Position numbers and translations under genes: made by a program. The notes under the pieces were generated by a model that was not told where the DNA came from, searched no databases, and was given only the letters and a program-made list of their open reading frames with translations. A stretch of 64,000 bases of DNA from the IMG/VR virus record IMGVR_UViG_3300037400_006508, positions 64,001 through 128,000 of that record; one strand, 5' to 3'. Positions 36,257-45,659 of the stretch are shown here, in pieces; the first letter of the stretch is position 1; each line of letters opens with the position of its first letter. Origin of the DNA: a virus (lineage: Duplodnaviria; Caudoviricetes).

Positions 36257-38116
36257 ATGCCGACAACGATCGGCCAGATCTACGTAAATGAAGCCCTTCC
36301 TCCGGAGTACCGTGACTACAACAGGGTCATGGGCGCTCCGGAGATGAAGGGCATTCTGACCGACATAATCAATAACCACCCGGACAAGTACAGGGAGGTA
36401 TCGGCCGCCCTCATGCGAGCAGGAAACAAGTTCGCGTACGAGGGAGGTACGACCCTTAGGCTGTCCGACGTGGCTCCGCCCTTTGACAGAAAGCCGCTGT
36501 ACGCGTCGATAGAGAAGGCCGAGAACGCGATACGTTCATCCAGGCTGTCCGACGACGAGAAGAACGAGCAGCTTAAGTCCCTCTACGAAAAGGCGTACGA
36601 AGCCATAAAGGGCGATACGTACGACGTGGCTCTTGCCGCCAACAATCCGTTCGCCCTGCAGGTGAAGTCGAAGGCGAGAGGCGACCCAAACCAGTTGTCG
36701 GCCATGCTGTCAACGCCAGGCGTGTATGCGAACAGCAAGGGCGAGACGATCCCCATGTTCATCAAGCATAGCTACGCGGAGGGGCTTTCACCGGCGGAGA
36801 TATGGGCCGGAGCGTACGGCGCCAGACTAGGAACAGTGTCGACGAAGTTCGCGACGAGGCAGGCCGGAGAGCTTGGAAAGCTCCTTACGTCCGCGTCGAT
36901 CGATCAGGTAGTTACGGAGGATGACTGCGGTACGATCAACGGGATGCCGGCAAGCGTTGACGACAACGACAACATAGGCGCCCTTCTGGCGTCTCCAGCC
37001 GGCGGATACGATGCCGGTACGATCATAACGAAATCGGTTCTGTCCGATATAAGGAAGTCGGGCGCCACCGACATACTGGTCAGGTCTCCGATAACATGCG
37101 GTGCCAAGAACGGGGTATGTTCGCATTGCGCCGGGGTCAGGGAGACCGGAGGCCTTCCGCCCGTCGGGTACAACCTCGGTACGAACGCTGCGGCGGCTCT
37201 AGCCGAGAGGCTGGCCCAGGGTTCTTTGAACGTAAAGCACAGCGGAAAGAAGAACAAGGGCGCCGGACAGTACCAGGGGTTCGAGATGATCAAGCGCATG
37301 GCGACGGTGCCGAAGAACTATGCGGACCGCGCCACCGTTGCCGAGCTGGACGGAACGGTCGACAAGATAGTCAACGCCCCCCAGGGAGGCCATTTCGTAG
37401 TAATAGGCGACCAAAAGCACTATGTTCCTTCCGGGTATGACATTCTGGTCAAGGAGGGCGATTCCGTCGAGGCGGGAGACCAGCTTTCTGATGGGGTCAT
37501 CAGTCCGGCCGACGCCGTCAGGCTCAAAGGCATCGGCGAAGGCCGCAGGTACTTTGCGAACAGGTTCACGAAGGCGTTCAGGGATTCGGGCTACGCCGTG
37601 AACAGAAGGAACGCCGAGGCCGTCGCAAAGGCGCTCATAAACAATGTGGTGGTCGAGAGCGAGGACGCCGAGGCGCAGATGCTGCCGGGCGATACCGTCA
37701 CCTACGGCAGATGGTCATGGGGATACAAGCCGCGTCCGAATTCGACGCAGCTGTCGCCGAAGGCGGCGATAGGGCAGTATCTCGAACAGCCGGCCCTTCA
37801 CTATACGATAGGCACCAGGATCACAAAGAAGGTCGCGGACGAGCTTACGAAGTTCAAGGTACCGGCCGTGTTGGCGAACAAGTCGGCCGTCGGAGTACGT
37901 CCGGAGATGCAGTCCGTCGTGCAGACGACAGGAAACACCGACGACTGGATGGCGAGGCTGGGCACCACGTATCTCGGCAAGAGACTGACGGAGGACGTAC
38001 AGCGCGGCGCCGAGTCCAACGTCCATGGGACGAATCCGTACCCCGGTATAGCGAAGGGTACCGAGTTCGGACAATGGGGTTCGCCCGGACACAGGGACGG
38101 GCCGTACTATTACTAG
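36257..38116 (+). CDS. Phage RNA polymerase beta' C-terminal half (bridge helix, Zn site, trigger loop, SBHM)
   Basis: Starts TTIGQ..N..LP; SKARG..Q; SYAEGLS..E...AYGARLG..T..AG.L..L...VVTEDDCGT; VRSPITC...GVC..CAG; AAAALAERLAQGSLNVKHSG; EGDSVEAGDQLSDG. Confidence 0.93.
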   Translation: MPTTIGQIYVNEALPPEYRDYNRVMGAPEMKGILTDIINNHPDKYREVSAALMRAGNKFAYEGGTTLRLSDVAPPFDRKPLYASIEKAENAIRSSRLSDDEKNEQLKSLYEKAYEAIKGDTYDVALAANNPFALQVKSKARGDPNQLSAMLSTPGVYANSKGETIPMFIKHSYAEGLSPAEIWAGAYGARLGTVSTKFATRQAGELGKLLTSASIDQVVTEDDCGTINGMPASVDDNDNIGALLASPAGGYDAGTIITKSVLSDIRKSGATDILVRSPITCGAKNGVCSHCAGVRETGGLPPVGYNLGTNAAAALAERLAQGSLNVKHSGKKNKGAGQYQGFEMIKRMATVPKNYADRATVAELDGTVDKIVNAPQGGHFVVIGDQKHYVPSGYDILVKEGDSVEAGDQLSDGVISPADAVRLKGIGEGRRYFANRFTKAFRDSGYAVNRRNAEAVAKALINNVVVESEDAEAQMLPGDTVTYGRWSWGYKPRPNSTQLSPKAAIGQYLEQPALHYTIGTRITKKVADELTKFKVPAVLANKSAVGVRPEMQSVVQTTGNTDDWMARLGTTYLGKRLTEDVQRGAESNVHGTNPYPGIAKGTEFGQWGSPGHRDGPYYY

Positions 38117-38121
38117 GCAAA

Positions 38122-38150
38122 TTGCAACAAGTTGTTTCTTTTGGTACGAT
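38122..38150 (+). promoter_or_regulatory. Putative sigma70-type promoter TTGCAA-N17-TACGAT with extended TG
   Basis: TTGCAA at 38122-38127; TTTTGG-TACGAT ending at 38150; intergenic. Confidence 0.6.
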
Positions 38151-38175
38151 GAAATAAATCCGAAGGGGATAAGGG

Positions 38176-40671
38176 ATGGCGAATAAATTCAGTTTCAAGT
38201 CGCTTCTTGCCGACGACCGGCTTGTTCCGGATCTGTGGCTTCACAAGGAGGCGCAGGAGCAGCCGGACGAGACGCAGTTCGCGCAGGACTTCGCTAACTT
38301 GGCGTTCCAGTTCATGCAGGACAGGGCGCCGGCCATGATGAAGTACCTTCTGGGCTTCGAGGTCGTGGACCGTGCGGAGAACGGAACGCGTGCCGTCGGT
38401 ATTTTCGGGTTCAAGATCGACGGGGACTATTTCTACGTTCCGGCGTTCTTCCTGAACTCCCAGGTCAAGGGCATCGATTCCATTCTTTCCAAGCGGACCA
38501 ATTCGTTCGTGCCCCTTACGGAGGAATGGATCAACTATATCATCAACAGGAAGGCGAACGAGCTTGGCAAGGAGGCCCCCAAGGAGACAACCGACGGAGA
38601 CGGCCAGGCCGAGTTCGAGAATCCGAACTTCGATTTCCTCCGTACGCCGACCGTAGGTCCGCTCGGAGGATACAATTCCAGCTACAAGATAGCGGAGGAC
38701 AAGTCCCCGTGGACCTTCGCGAAGGCGTGGGAGGTAATGAAGTCCGGTACCGAGGAGCATATGGAGAAGGACTCGGAGCTCCGCGAGGCGTTCGTCGGAT
38801 TCTGCTGCGCCGTGAAGGGCGTCAGGTCGCCTATGCACAAATCCGCTTCTTCCCCGATACAGGAATTCATATCGAAGGTCGGCGGCCCTGCGTCCGAGCG
38901 CACGTTCATGCGTTCGCTGAAGAACGTCAAGATGGCGAACGCCGCGTTGGAGTTCTACACCGGCCCGGAGGCGTTCCACGTGTCGTCCTACCCGAACCGC
39001 GGAAAGGACTGCTACCTTCTACGGAAGAAGGCCGAGGAGATTTCCGAGAAGGCCCCGAAGGTTGAAATCACCGACGACTCGCAGAGCGAGGAGGAGGCAC
39101 GCGACGTAATAGAGGACGGATTCACGGTGAGAGACAGACGCGACGAGGCGGAGAAGTCCGACGTCGTGTCTACCGACTACGAGAAGTCGTTCCAGAATCC
39201 GGACAAGCCAGGCGCGTACGACGTTCTTGTCACCGGAGGCGTCACGAAGAGGGCCTACGTGTTCGCGGCCGATCGCATGTTCCATCGCGGCGAGCGCGGT
39301 ACGATGGTCGTCTACTTCCCGGACAACAAGCAGGTCATCACGGCCAGGAACCGCGACATCTTCACCGAGGGCGGCTGCCAGGAGGAGATGCAGGACGTGT
39401 ACGGAAAGGGCAAGGACATACAGGACTGCGCCCTTCATGGTAAGTACATCTTCATCGGAAAGAACGGTGTATCCCTTCCCGAGTTCTACGTCAGCAATCT
39501 GAAGAGGGACAAGGGCGAGCGTCCTGTCATTTCCGGCAATTTCGAGTACTTCTCGGATCCAGACTGGCGTCCGGACTTCGACGACGATTTCACCAATTAT
39601 TGGAAGGGTGACGAGTTCCATCACAGGAACGGCCTTACGAAGATTCGTCCGTCTGAAATGTCGTTCTGCGATGTAGAGCTTGCTTCGTTCACCGGATCGC
39701 CGAAGTTCACCGGAAGTTCGGTCGTGATGCCGTCCGATTGGAAGGCCCTGCAGGTCGGCGAGATCGAGCGCGGGTGGGACGAGTACGAGCCGATGTCCTC
39801 GACCGAGGAGGCGTTGAAGAACAAGGACAAGGTGACCTACAAGCTGGGTTCGCTTGATTCCCTGTCGTTCGACCTCCGCAAGGAGGGTGCCGCAAGGCTC
39901 GATCTACGCTCCGATGACGGTACCACGTTCTATTTCAACATGGACAAGGCCCCGTCGTTCACGAGGCCGGTAGGGTACAAGCAGGCCGCGATTTCGCTCG
40001 TGACGAAGCTTGGACTCCGTTATCCGGATGCCAAGAAGCTGCTCAAGACGGCTGCTGTCGAAAGGAAGGCCGTGTGCCTCGTCAAGTTCGCGCAGATGTC
40101 TCCTCTGGTCGGTGTTTCGACCGGAGTACCTACCGAGCAGACGCCGGGCGTCGATCCGTACACGGGAATACCGGCGTACGATCTGCCGTTCATCGACAAG
40201 ACCACGATGCCGTTCAACGGCGTCGAGCTTCCTCCGCAGGACAACCCGTACGGCGAGAACCTCGATGGCGAGATCTCGAGGCAGTCCGAGTCCGCAGGAG
40301 ACGGTCAGGGGGAGGCGGAGTTCGACGAGGAAGCCGCAGGACTCGCGCAGGACGCTGCGAAGCTCGGGCAGAAGCATGTGTTCGACAAGGCGGCGATCGG
40401 CGGTCTGGCGAAGGTGTACGACACAGGAGCCGTGATCGACTCCTATATACCGGAGTTCCTGACCGCCGTAGACAGGCTTGGTCGCGTGCTGTTTCTCTAC
40501 TATTGGAAGCACAACGATTTCATCGAAAGGTACGGTACGGACGACGTCATCGAGATGGAGGACGTCCTTCGTGGTACCTTCAAGCAACTTGGGAAGCTTA
40601 CGCTCGACCTCAAAAGGAAAGCCGTTGGCGGTGGGGATTCGGACGCCAGCATAGACACGATTGGAGCATAA
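38176..40671 (+). CDS. Large hypothetical protein rich in KxA motifs (candidate head core/internal protein)
   Basis: 831 aa; LHKEA, YKIA, HKSA, KMA, RKKA, KTA and VKFA fall at apparent segment boundaries. Confidence 0.6.
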   Translation: MANKFSFKSLLADDRLVPDLWLHKEAQEQPDETQFAQDFANLAFQFMQDRAPAMMKYLLGFEVVDRAENGTRAVGIFGFKIDGDYFYVPAFFLNSQVKGIDSILSKRTNSFVPLTEEWINYIINRKANELGKEAPKETTDGDGQAEFENPNFDFLRTPTVGPLGGYNSSYKIAEDKSPWTFAKAWEVMKSGTEEHMEKDSELREAFVGFCCAVKGVRSPMHKSASSPIQEFISKVGGPASERTFMRSLKNVKMANAALEFYTGPEAFHVSSYPNRGKDCYLLRKKAEEISEKAPKVEITDDSQSEEEARDVIEDGFTVRDRRDEAEKSDVVSTDYEKSFQNPDKPGAYDVLVTGGVTKRAYVFAADRMFHRGERGTMVVYFPDNKQVITARNRDIFTEGGCQEEMQDVYGKGKDIQDCALHGKYIFIGKNGVSLPEFYVSNLKRDKGERPVISGNFEYFSDPDWRPDFDDDFTNYWKGDEFHHRNGLTKIRPSEMSFCDVELASFTGSPKFTGSSVVMPSDWKALQVGEIERGWDEYEPMSSTEEALKNKDKVTYKLGSLDSLSFDLRKEGAARLDLRSDDGTTFYFNMDKAPSFTRPVGYKQAAISLVTKLGLRYPDAKKLLKTAAVERKAVCLVKFAQMSPLVGVSTGVPTEQTPGVDPYTGIPAYDLPFIDKTTMPFNGVELPPQDNPYGENLDGEISRQSESAGDGQGEAEFDEEAAGLAQDAAKLGQKHVFDKAAIGGLAKVYDTGAVIDSYIPEFLTAVDRLGRVLFLYYWKHNDFIERYGTDDVIEMEDVLRGTFKQLGKLTLDLKRKAVGGGDSDASIDTIGA

Positions 40672-40770
40672 AAGATGACAAGGTACGAACAAGGATTCCT
40701 CACCAAGTGCGCTTCGGCCAGAGTTCCGAAGAACGTAGCCTTCGCCCTTCTGAAGAGGGCGCAGGAAGCC
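40671..40770 (+). repeat. About 100-nt direct repeat, copy 1 (copy 2 at about 41851-41950), encoding the shared leader
   Basis: atgacaaggtacgaacaagg...ccaagtgcgcttcgg...gttccgaagaacgtagccttcgcccttctgaagagggcgcagga is nearly identical at both sites. Confidence 0.9.
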
Positions 40771-41463
40771 GGCTCGCAGGACGCGCAGCTCGGCTCACTG
40801 GATCAGGCCGAAAACGATTATCTTAAGCAACTTGGTAGGATGGAGAGTCTTGGCGAAGTTGATGACGATGGAAGTGGCAGCTCGGTAACTTTAAATCCGT
40901 TAGGCCATATATTTATGGACAGAGTGAAACGCATGGGTCTTACTGGTGGTCAGTACGATCAGCTATCGTATCCAGACGCACTTGCGAATATCCCGTGGAG
41001 TAATAAATTCGGACGCACTGTGCATAGCGTGGTGGATCCGATTTATAGCGCATTTGTATCAGATCCGCTAGAGAGATCAATAACGAGTCCGAGGATAACG
41101 ATGGACGAGCTTGAAGCCGCAAGGGCTGCGCAGGCTGAATGGGGTGCAAATCAGATATTCCCGGCTGGAACGAGGGCCAACAAGAAGATACAGGAGAGCC
41201 TTATAAACGCCGGCAGGAAGAATTACCAGAATTGGCTTGACTGGGGTACGGGTGCGCCGAGAGACAAGTACGATCCTACAGGAATAGAAGGCATGAATCT
41301 TGGTGAACCTCCGGAGCCCGGTGTGGATTACACCGAGCGGTTTGATTACGGCTCAGGCGTCAATTCTCTTACGCCGAGGAATATCCCGAAGCAGGAACTT
41401 CTCAGGCAGTATCAGAATTCAATGGTAAGAAACGGGTCTGGCAATAGGTCTGGGGTGGCGTGA
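40675..41463 (+). CDS. Leader-family protein, paralog of 41855..42469
   Basis: Leader MTRYEQGFLTKCASARVPKNVAFALLKRA; C-region LINAGRKN..RDKYDPTGIE..QNSMVRN. Confidence 0.8.
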   Translation: MTRYEQGFLTKCASARVPKNVAFALLKRAQEAGSQDAQLGSLDQAENDYLKQLGRMESLGEVDDDGSGSSVTLNPLGHIFMDRVKRMGLTGGQYDQLSYPDALANIPWSNKFGRTVHSVVDPIYSAFVSDPLERSITSPRITMDELEAARAAQAEWGANQIFPAGTRANKKIQESLINAGRKNYQNWLDWGTGAPRDKYDPTGIEGMNLGEPPEPGVDYTERFDYGSGVNSLTPRNIPKQELLRQYQNSMVRNGSGNRSGVA

Positions 41464-41464
41464 G

Positions 41465-41836
41465 ATGGACGAAGACGAGAAGCAGGAGAAATTCCGCGAG
41501 GAGGTAAGGGAGTTTCTCGCAAGGGACAAGTTGACCCTGGATAATCTTGTTATGAGGGTCGACAAGCTTGAGAAGACAGTGGTTCACGGCAATGGCGATC
41601 CGCCCCTTACGACTCAGATAGCCGCCATGCAGGTGCAGATGAACAATTTCAGGGACGAGCTGAAGGAAGTAAAGGACAAGATGGGCAAGCTGGATCAGAT
41701 GTGCGTTGACGTGGCCAGCATAAACGCAAAGCTTACGGCTAGGGCAAGCAGCAATGGCATGTGGATATGGGCGATCATCACGGTAGGAGCCGTAGTTTTG
41801 ACGCCGATTCTAGAGCATTTCCTGTTCGGAAAGTAA
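41465..41836 (+). CDS. Coiled-coil protein with a C-terminal TM helix (holin/XhlA-like architecture)
   Basis: VHGNGDP, a coiled coil, then WIWAIITVGAVVLTPIL. Confidence 0.55.
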   Translation: MDEDEKQEKFREEVREFLARDKLTLDNLVMRVDKLEKTVVHGNGDPPLTTQIAAMQVQMNNFRDELKEVKDKMGKLDQMCVDVASINAKLTARASSNGMWIWAIITVGAVVLTPILEHFLFGK

Positions 41837-41854
41837 AAGAGACAAGGAGAAAAA

Positions 41855-42469
41855 ATGACAAGGTACGAACAAGGGTTTCTAACCAAGTGCGCTTCGGTCC
41901 GTGTTCCGAAGAACGTAGCCTTCGCCCTTCTGAAGAGGGCGCAGGAGGCGAAGAATGATGACGCCGGTATAGGCGGTTACTCCGCTAATGGAATAAATTG
42001 GCTGGATACCGATCATGTTTTGGCGCCTAATCACAACTCATACGCAGGAAGACTTCTAGGGAATGCGAGAGGTGCTGAACGGATGGATTCCGGTAGATCA
42101 GGTATCAAAGCACCCAGATACTCTCCTGCCACTAATCTCTATTATGCAATGCCATCTTCAGACAATACCAATTCAGGTCCAATAAGCCAGCGTAGTCTTG
42201 ACGGGATTAGAAGTAGTCAGGCCCATCAGAACGCCGCGTCTATTGGATACTTCGGAGTTCCTCGAGATCGTATCATAAATAACCTTATTGAGGCAGGAAA
42301 GAAAAACCAGCAGAGCTACATCGATACCGGAACAGTCCCGAAGCGCGATACGCTCGATAGGACCGGCATAGAGACGCTGCAGCTCAGCCCGGAGGACGAG
42401 GCCCAGCTTCTGGAGATGCAGAATACCATGGCTAGGAATTCAAGACGTGGTACGAACGTGACGGCGTAA
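41855..42469 (+). CDS. Leader-family protein, paralog of 40675..41463
   Basis: Leader MTRYEQGFLTKCASVRVPKNVAFALLKRA; C-region LIEAGKKN..RDTLDRTGIE..QNTMARN. Confidence 0.8.
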   Translation: MTRYEQGFLTKCASVRVPKNVAFALLKRAQEAKNDDAGIGGYSANGINWLDTDHVLAPNHNSYAGRLLGNARGAERMDSGRSGIKAPRYSPATNLYYAMPSSDNTNSGPISQRSLDGIRSSQAHQNAASIGYFGVPRDRIINNLIEAGKKNQQSYIDTGTVPKRDTLDRTGIETLQLSPEDEAQLLEMQNTMARNSRRGTNVTA

Positions 42470-42488
42470 TGTCTTTAGTGAAACCAAA

Positions 42489-42839
42489 ATGACACAGAAC
42501 TACGTAAACGGATTTTTCACCAAGTGCGCGGAACAAAGGGTTCCGTACGATATCGCCGTTGCGCTGTACAAGAAAGCAGGTACTACAGGATTGTACGAGG
42601 CTCCTGTAACTCCAGCTGTACGCGCTGCCTACAATACGGGCGCTGCGCTTGGTACGGCAACCCGTGCAATGATGCCCGGTGGCAAGACCGAGATGGTGAG
42701 AAGGGGTCTTGTGTCGTATCTTAAGAACAGAGCAACTAGAGCAGCGATGAAAAAGCGTGAGGCGCAGAAAGTTCCGGCGAATAACGCTGCGGACAAAGCG
42801 GCCAGAGCCGCTGCCGTTATGATGGGCACGCAGAAGTAG
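42489..42839 (+). CDS. Leader-family protein with basic Ala-rich cargo
   Basis: Leader MTQNYVNGFFTKCAEQRVPYDIAVALYKKA. Confidence 0.78.
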   Translation: MTQNYVNGFFTKCAEQRVPYDIAVALYKKAGTTGLYEAPVTPAVRAAYNTGAALGTATRAMMPGGKTEMVRRGLVSYLKNRATRAAMKKREAQKVPANNAADKAARAAAVMMGTQK

Positions 42840-42860
42840 TCCACACCGGCCAAGTAATGC

Positions 42861-43796
42861 ATGCGGATCAACGATACGGTCATAGTCACTCCGATCGACA
42901 ATCCGGGTCAATTCGACCCGGATTGGCGTAATTCTATAGCATTAGCCCTGTCCGATTCGTCGGAGCGGATCGACCCGGTGTACATAAGGTACAAGTCGGA
43001 TCCGTGGATACAGAAGCAGATGGCCTATTTTCGGGCCGTCAAGCGCGGTTTGACGTTGACAAGGGAGCAGACCCAGTTCAGACTTGCGTACCTGTGGTTC
43101 CAGGGAACGAACCTATCAGATGTCAGATTCAGGCTGGAGCCGTTGCTGCTTACTGCGGTCCCATACGATATCATAGCTTTGGATATACTTGGAGAGTGCG
43201 ACGATATCCAGGCGATCAAGGCGTACGAGAAGCTGTATTTCAACATCCGGGACGCGGAAGGCAGGCTGTCCAGGTCGTGCCAGCTGAAACAGTACTTCTC
43301 GCTTCCTTCCGGGCAGTTCGACAGGGACACTCCTCCGGAGCAGATGTGGAAGATGGTCGCATCCCTCATGGGGTACGACACGCTTGTGTCGATATGGCTG
43401 TGGAAGGACGCGCACGGGATAAAGAACAATTCGCAGGAGTATCTTCTTGACGAGATGTGGCGCTTGGCGCAGTCCAGGTTGTTTATGTCCATGTTCGCCG
43501 ACAGGGTCGGGCACGAGTCCATGGCGAAGCTTCTTTCGGCCGTATCCTCGCAGCAGAAGCTTCTGCGCGAGGGCAAGCACGAGGATGACAACGGAATCGA
43601 GACCATGCGTGCGTTGCAGGACATGCTGTATCTCGTGTCTCCCAGGGTCATAGACTCCACGGCGAAGGAGGTAGACGAGAAGATGAAGAGGGAGCAGGCC
43701 GTCCAGGCCCGCATGGATACCGAGAAGGCCGTTGACGCCGTAGTATTGGACGAGACAGGCAAGAATGGTGTAAAATTGATAGAAGAAAGGGCGTAA
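42861..43796 (+). CDS. Hypothetical protein
   Basis: 311-aa ORF in the operon. Confidence 0.72.
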   Translation: MRINDTVIVTPIDNPGQFDPDWRNSIALALSDSSERIDPVYIRYKSDPWIQKQMAYFRAVKRGLTLTREQTQFRLAYLWFQGTNLSDVRFRLEPLLLTAVPYDIIALDILGECDDIQAIKAYEKLYFNIRDAEGRLSRSCQLKQYFSLPSGQFDRDTPPEQMWKMVASLMGYDTLVSIWLWKDAHGIKNNSQEYLLDEMWRLAQSRLFMSMFADRVGHESMAKLLSAVSSQQKLLREGKHEDDNGIETMRALQDMLYLVSPRVIDSTAKEVDEKMKREQAVQARMDTEKAVDAVVLDETGKNGVKLIEERA

Positions 43797-43797
43797 C

Positions 43798-45249
43798 ATG
43801 TCTTTCAAGGAACAGCTTAAAAACGAGATACTGCCTAAGGCGGTTGAGTACTACAATAGTGGTACCGGGATCAACGAGTCGATCGTCAAGGCGGCGTCCG
43901 ACTTCAATCTCAATCTGGAGCAGACGTACCGTCTCCTGGAGACGATGAACACGGCCAGGACGATCGCGCACTACGAGAAGAACGCGGAGGACAGGACGCA
44001 GAACTTCGACATAGCCGACAAGGACGTTGTTCGGAGGATGCTGTTCTCGGACGGTACCGAAAAGAAGGCGTCAGCCGACCAAGGCGGCTGGTTCGACTAC
44101 TCTTCGTACGACTCGCCGGAGCGAGACTACCTGGAGGAAAGGACGGACGGTTCCGTGTTCACGAAGGCCGCCGAAGCCAACGAGCCTGGAGTCAAGGAGT
44201 TCTCGCGCAGGCAGGTCATCGAGAAGGTTGCGTCGTACAAGAACGAGCTGACAGAGCAGCACAATTTCGCTTCTGGCCGCGAAGAGATGGCCAAAGACTG
44301 GCTTGCTACGTCCATATCCAAGCTTGCATCCGATCTGTCCCGCGGGTACGAGCCGGAGAGGCGGTACGCCATGTTCAAGGTGGCTTGCGGGAGGGGGGAT
44401 GTCGTTTCTGCCGTCGAGAAGGCGATGCATCCGTCGATCGTCAAGGACGCCGCCCCCCATGTCAAGACGCTAAGGCGTTCCAATGTTTTCGACCCTTCCG
44501 AGGTGGAGGAGCAGCTCAAGCTTGCAGAGGAGGTCTACGAGGGGTCCAAGCTGGTTGACAGGATACACTCCGTAGTCGAGTCGCTTTCCAGGAAGGAAGC
44601 GGAGGCTAGGGATCTCCTTGCCAAGTATCAGGCTACGCAGACGGAGGGAAAGCTCGATTTTTTCGGCTATAAGGAAGCCCAGCAGGGACCGGCCGGGCAC
44701 CCGAGAAACCCACCGGGTAGAAATGGAAGGAACGGCGGCAACAACGACGATGACGACCATCATCACCATCGGGGGGCATGGTTTGGACGCGGCATAAAGG
44801 CAACGTACAACGCGCTTGCACCGGATGTACGCGGAAATACTCTACAGACGAACATAAACGACTACATCTCCGGCAGCCTGCTCACTCCCGAGGCCATCAG
44901 CAAGATACTGGACAAGGAAGACAAGAAGGAGGACAGGACCCTTCGCGAAGAGATAGACAATATGCGCCGTAGCGCCATTCTTTCCGAATTGTACGCCGAC
45001 GACGATATCATCAAGGAGGCCGACCCCAACGATGTTGCCAGTGCGTATAAGACCCTGGTGATGGCGGCTCCGGATCTTTCGCTCAACAAGGAGGCGGTAA
45101 GATCGGTCCTGCGCCAGTCCGTCAATTCGGTAGCCGTGTCTCCGTTCGATGTCAAGCAGTGGGCCGATTACGACAAGACGGTTGCCGAGGCAAGGGAACA
45201 CGGACTGAAGGCCGACTATTACGAGAGAGGACTGTTCAGGCAGGCATGA
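43798..45249 (+). CDS. Helical KxA-rich hypothetical protein (candidate head core protein)
   Basis: VKAA, EKKA, TKAA, EKVA, SKLA, VKDA, LKLA, YKEA; a DDDDHHHH tract follows KEA. Confidence 0.65.
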   Translation: MSFKEQLKNEILPKAVEYYNSGTGINESIVKAASDFNLNLEQTYRLLETMNTARTIAHYEKNAEDRTQNFDIADKDVVRRMLFSDGTEKKASADQGGWFDYSSYDSPERDYLEERTDGSVFTKAAEANEPGVKEFSRRQVIEKVASYKNELTEQHNFASGREEMAKDWLATSISKLASDLSRGYEPERRYAMFKVACGRGDVVSAVEKAMHPSIVKDAAPHVKTLRRSNVFDPSEVEEQLKLAEEVYEGSKLVDRIHSVVESLSRKEAEARDLLAKYQATQTEGKLDFFGYKEAQQGPAGHPRNPPGRNGRNGGNNDDDDHHHHRGAWFGRGIKATYNALAPDVRGNTLQTNINDYISGSLLTPEAISKILDKEDKKEDRTLREEIDNMRRSAILSELYADDDIIKEADPNDVASAYKTLVMAAPDLSLNKEAVRSVLRQSVNSVAVSPFDVKQWADYDKTVAEAREHGLKADYYERGLFRQA

Positions 45250-45653
45250 AAATCAACGTGAAGCAGAACAGGATCAACTCGGTCCTGAGCGTGATCGTGT
45301 CCACGTCGGATTGGTCGAGGCACGAGCTGGATTCCATCGTAAGGTTCGGGGAGCCGACGATACAGATCGGCGGAAAGTTCGTCAAGCTGTGCACAAGATG
45401 CCTCGTACCGAGGTGCCCGTTCGATGACAGCAACGATCTTCCTGAGAACTGCGAATTCTACGTCGCCGAGGCCGAGAAGAAGGTACGGAGCGACTTCCCG
45501 ATCATGGTGGAGTTCGGCCCGGACGATTTCGACGAGCCGGAACTCTGCGCCAGGTCGTGGACAGACGAGATAGTAGGCAGGATCGTAGACGCCGTCAGGG
45601 AGCTTCGGCAGACTTCAGCCGACATAGTAAGGGAAGAGACGTACGAGGTCTAG
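45246..45653 (+). CDS. Hypothetical protein
   Basis: ATG at 45246 overlaps the upstream TGA; CTRC..RCPFDDSNDLP. Confidence 0.65.
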   Translation: MKINVKQNRINSVLSVIVSTSDWSRHELDSIVRFGEPTIQIGGKFVKLCTRCLVPRCPFDDSNDLPENCEFYVAEAEKKVRSDFPIMVEFGPDDFDEPELCARSWTDEIVGRIVDAVRELRQTSADIVREETYEV

Positions 45654-45659
45654 CAGGAA

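Noticed and set aside
29623-38116. Cellular rpoB-rpoC operon (host chromosome)
   Set aside because: No flanking ribosomal protein genes, several near-invariant residues are altered, the fusion/split is non-cellular, and the context is portal, capsid and tail genes.
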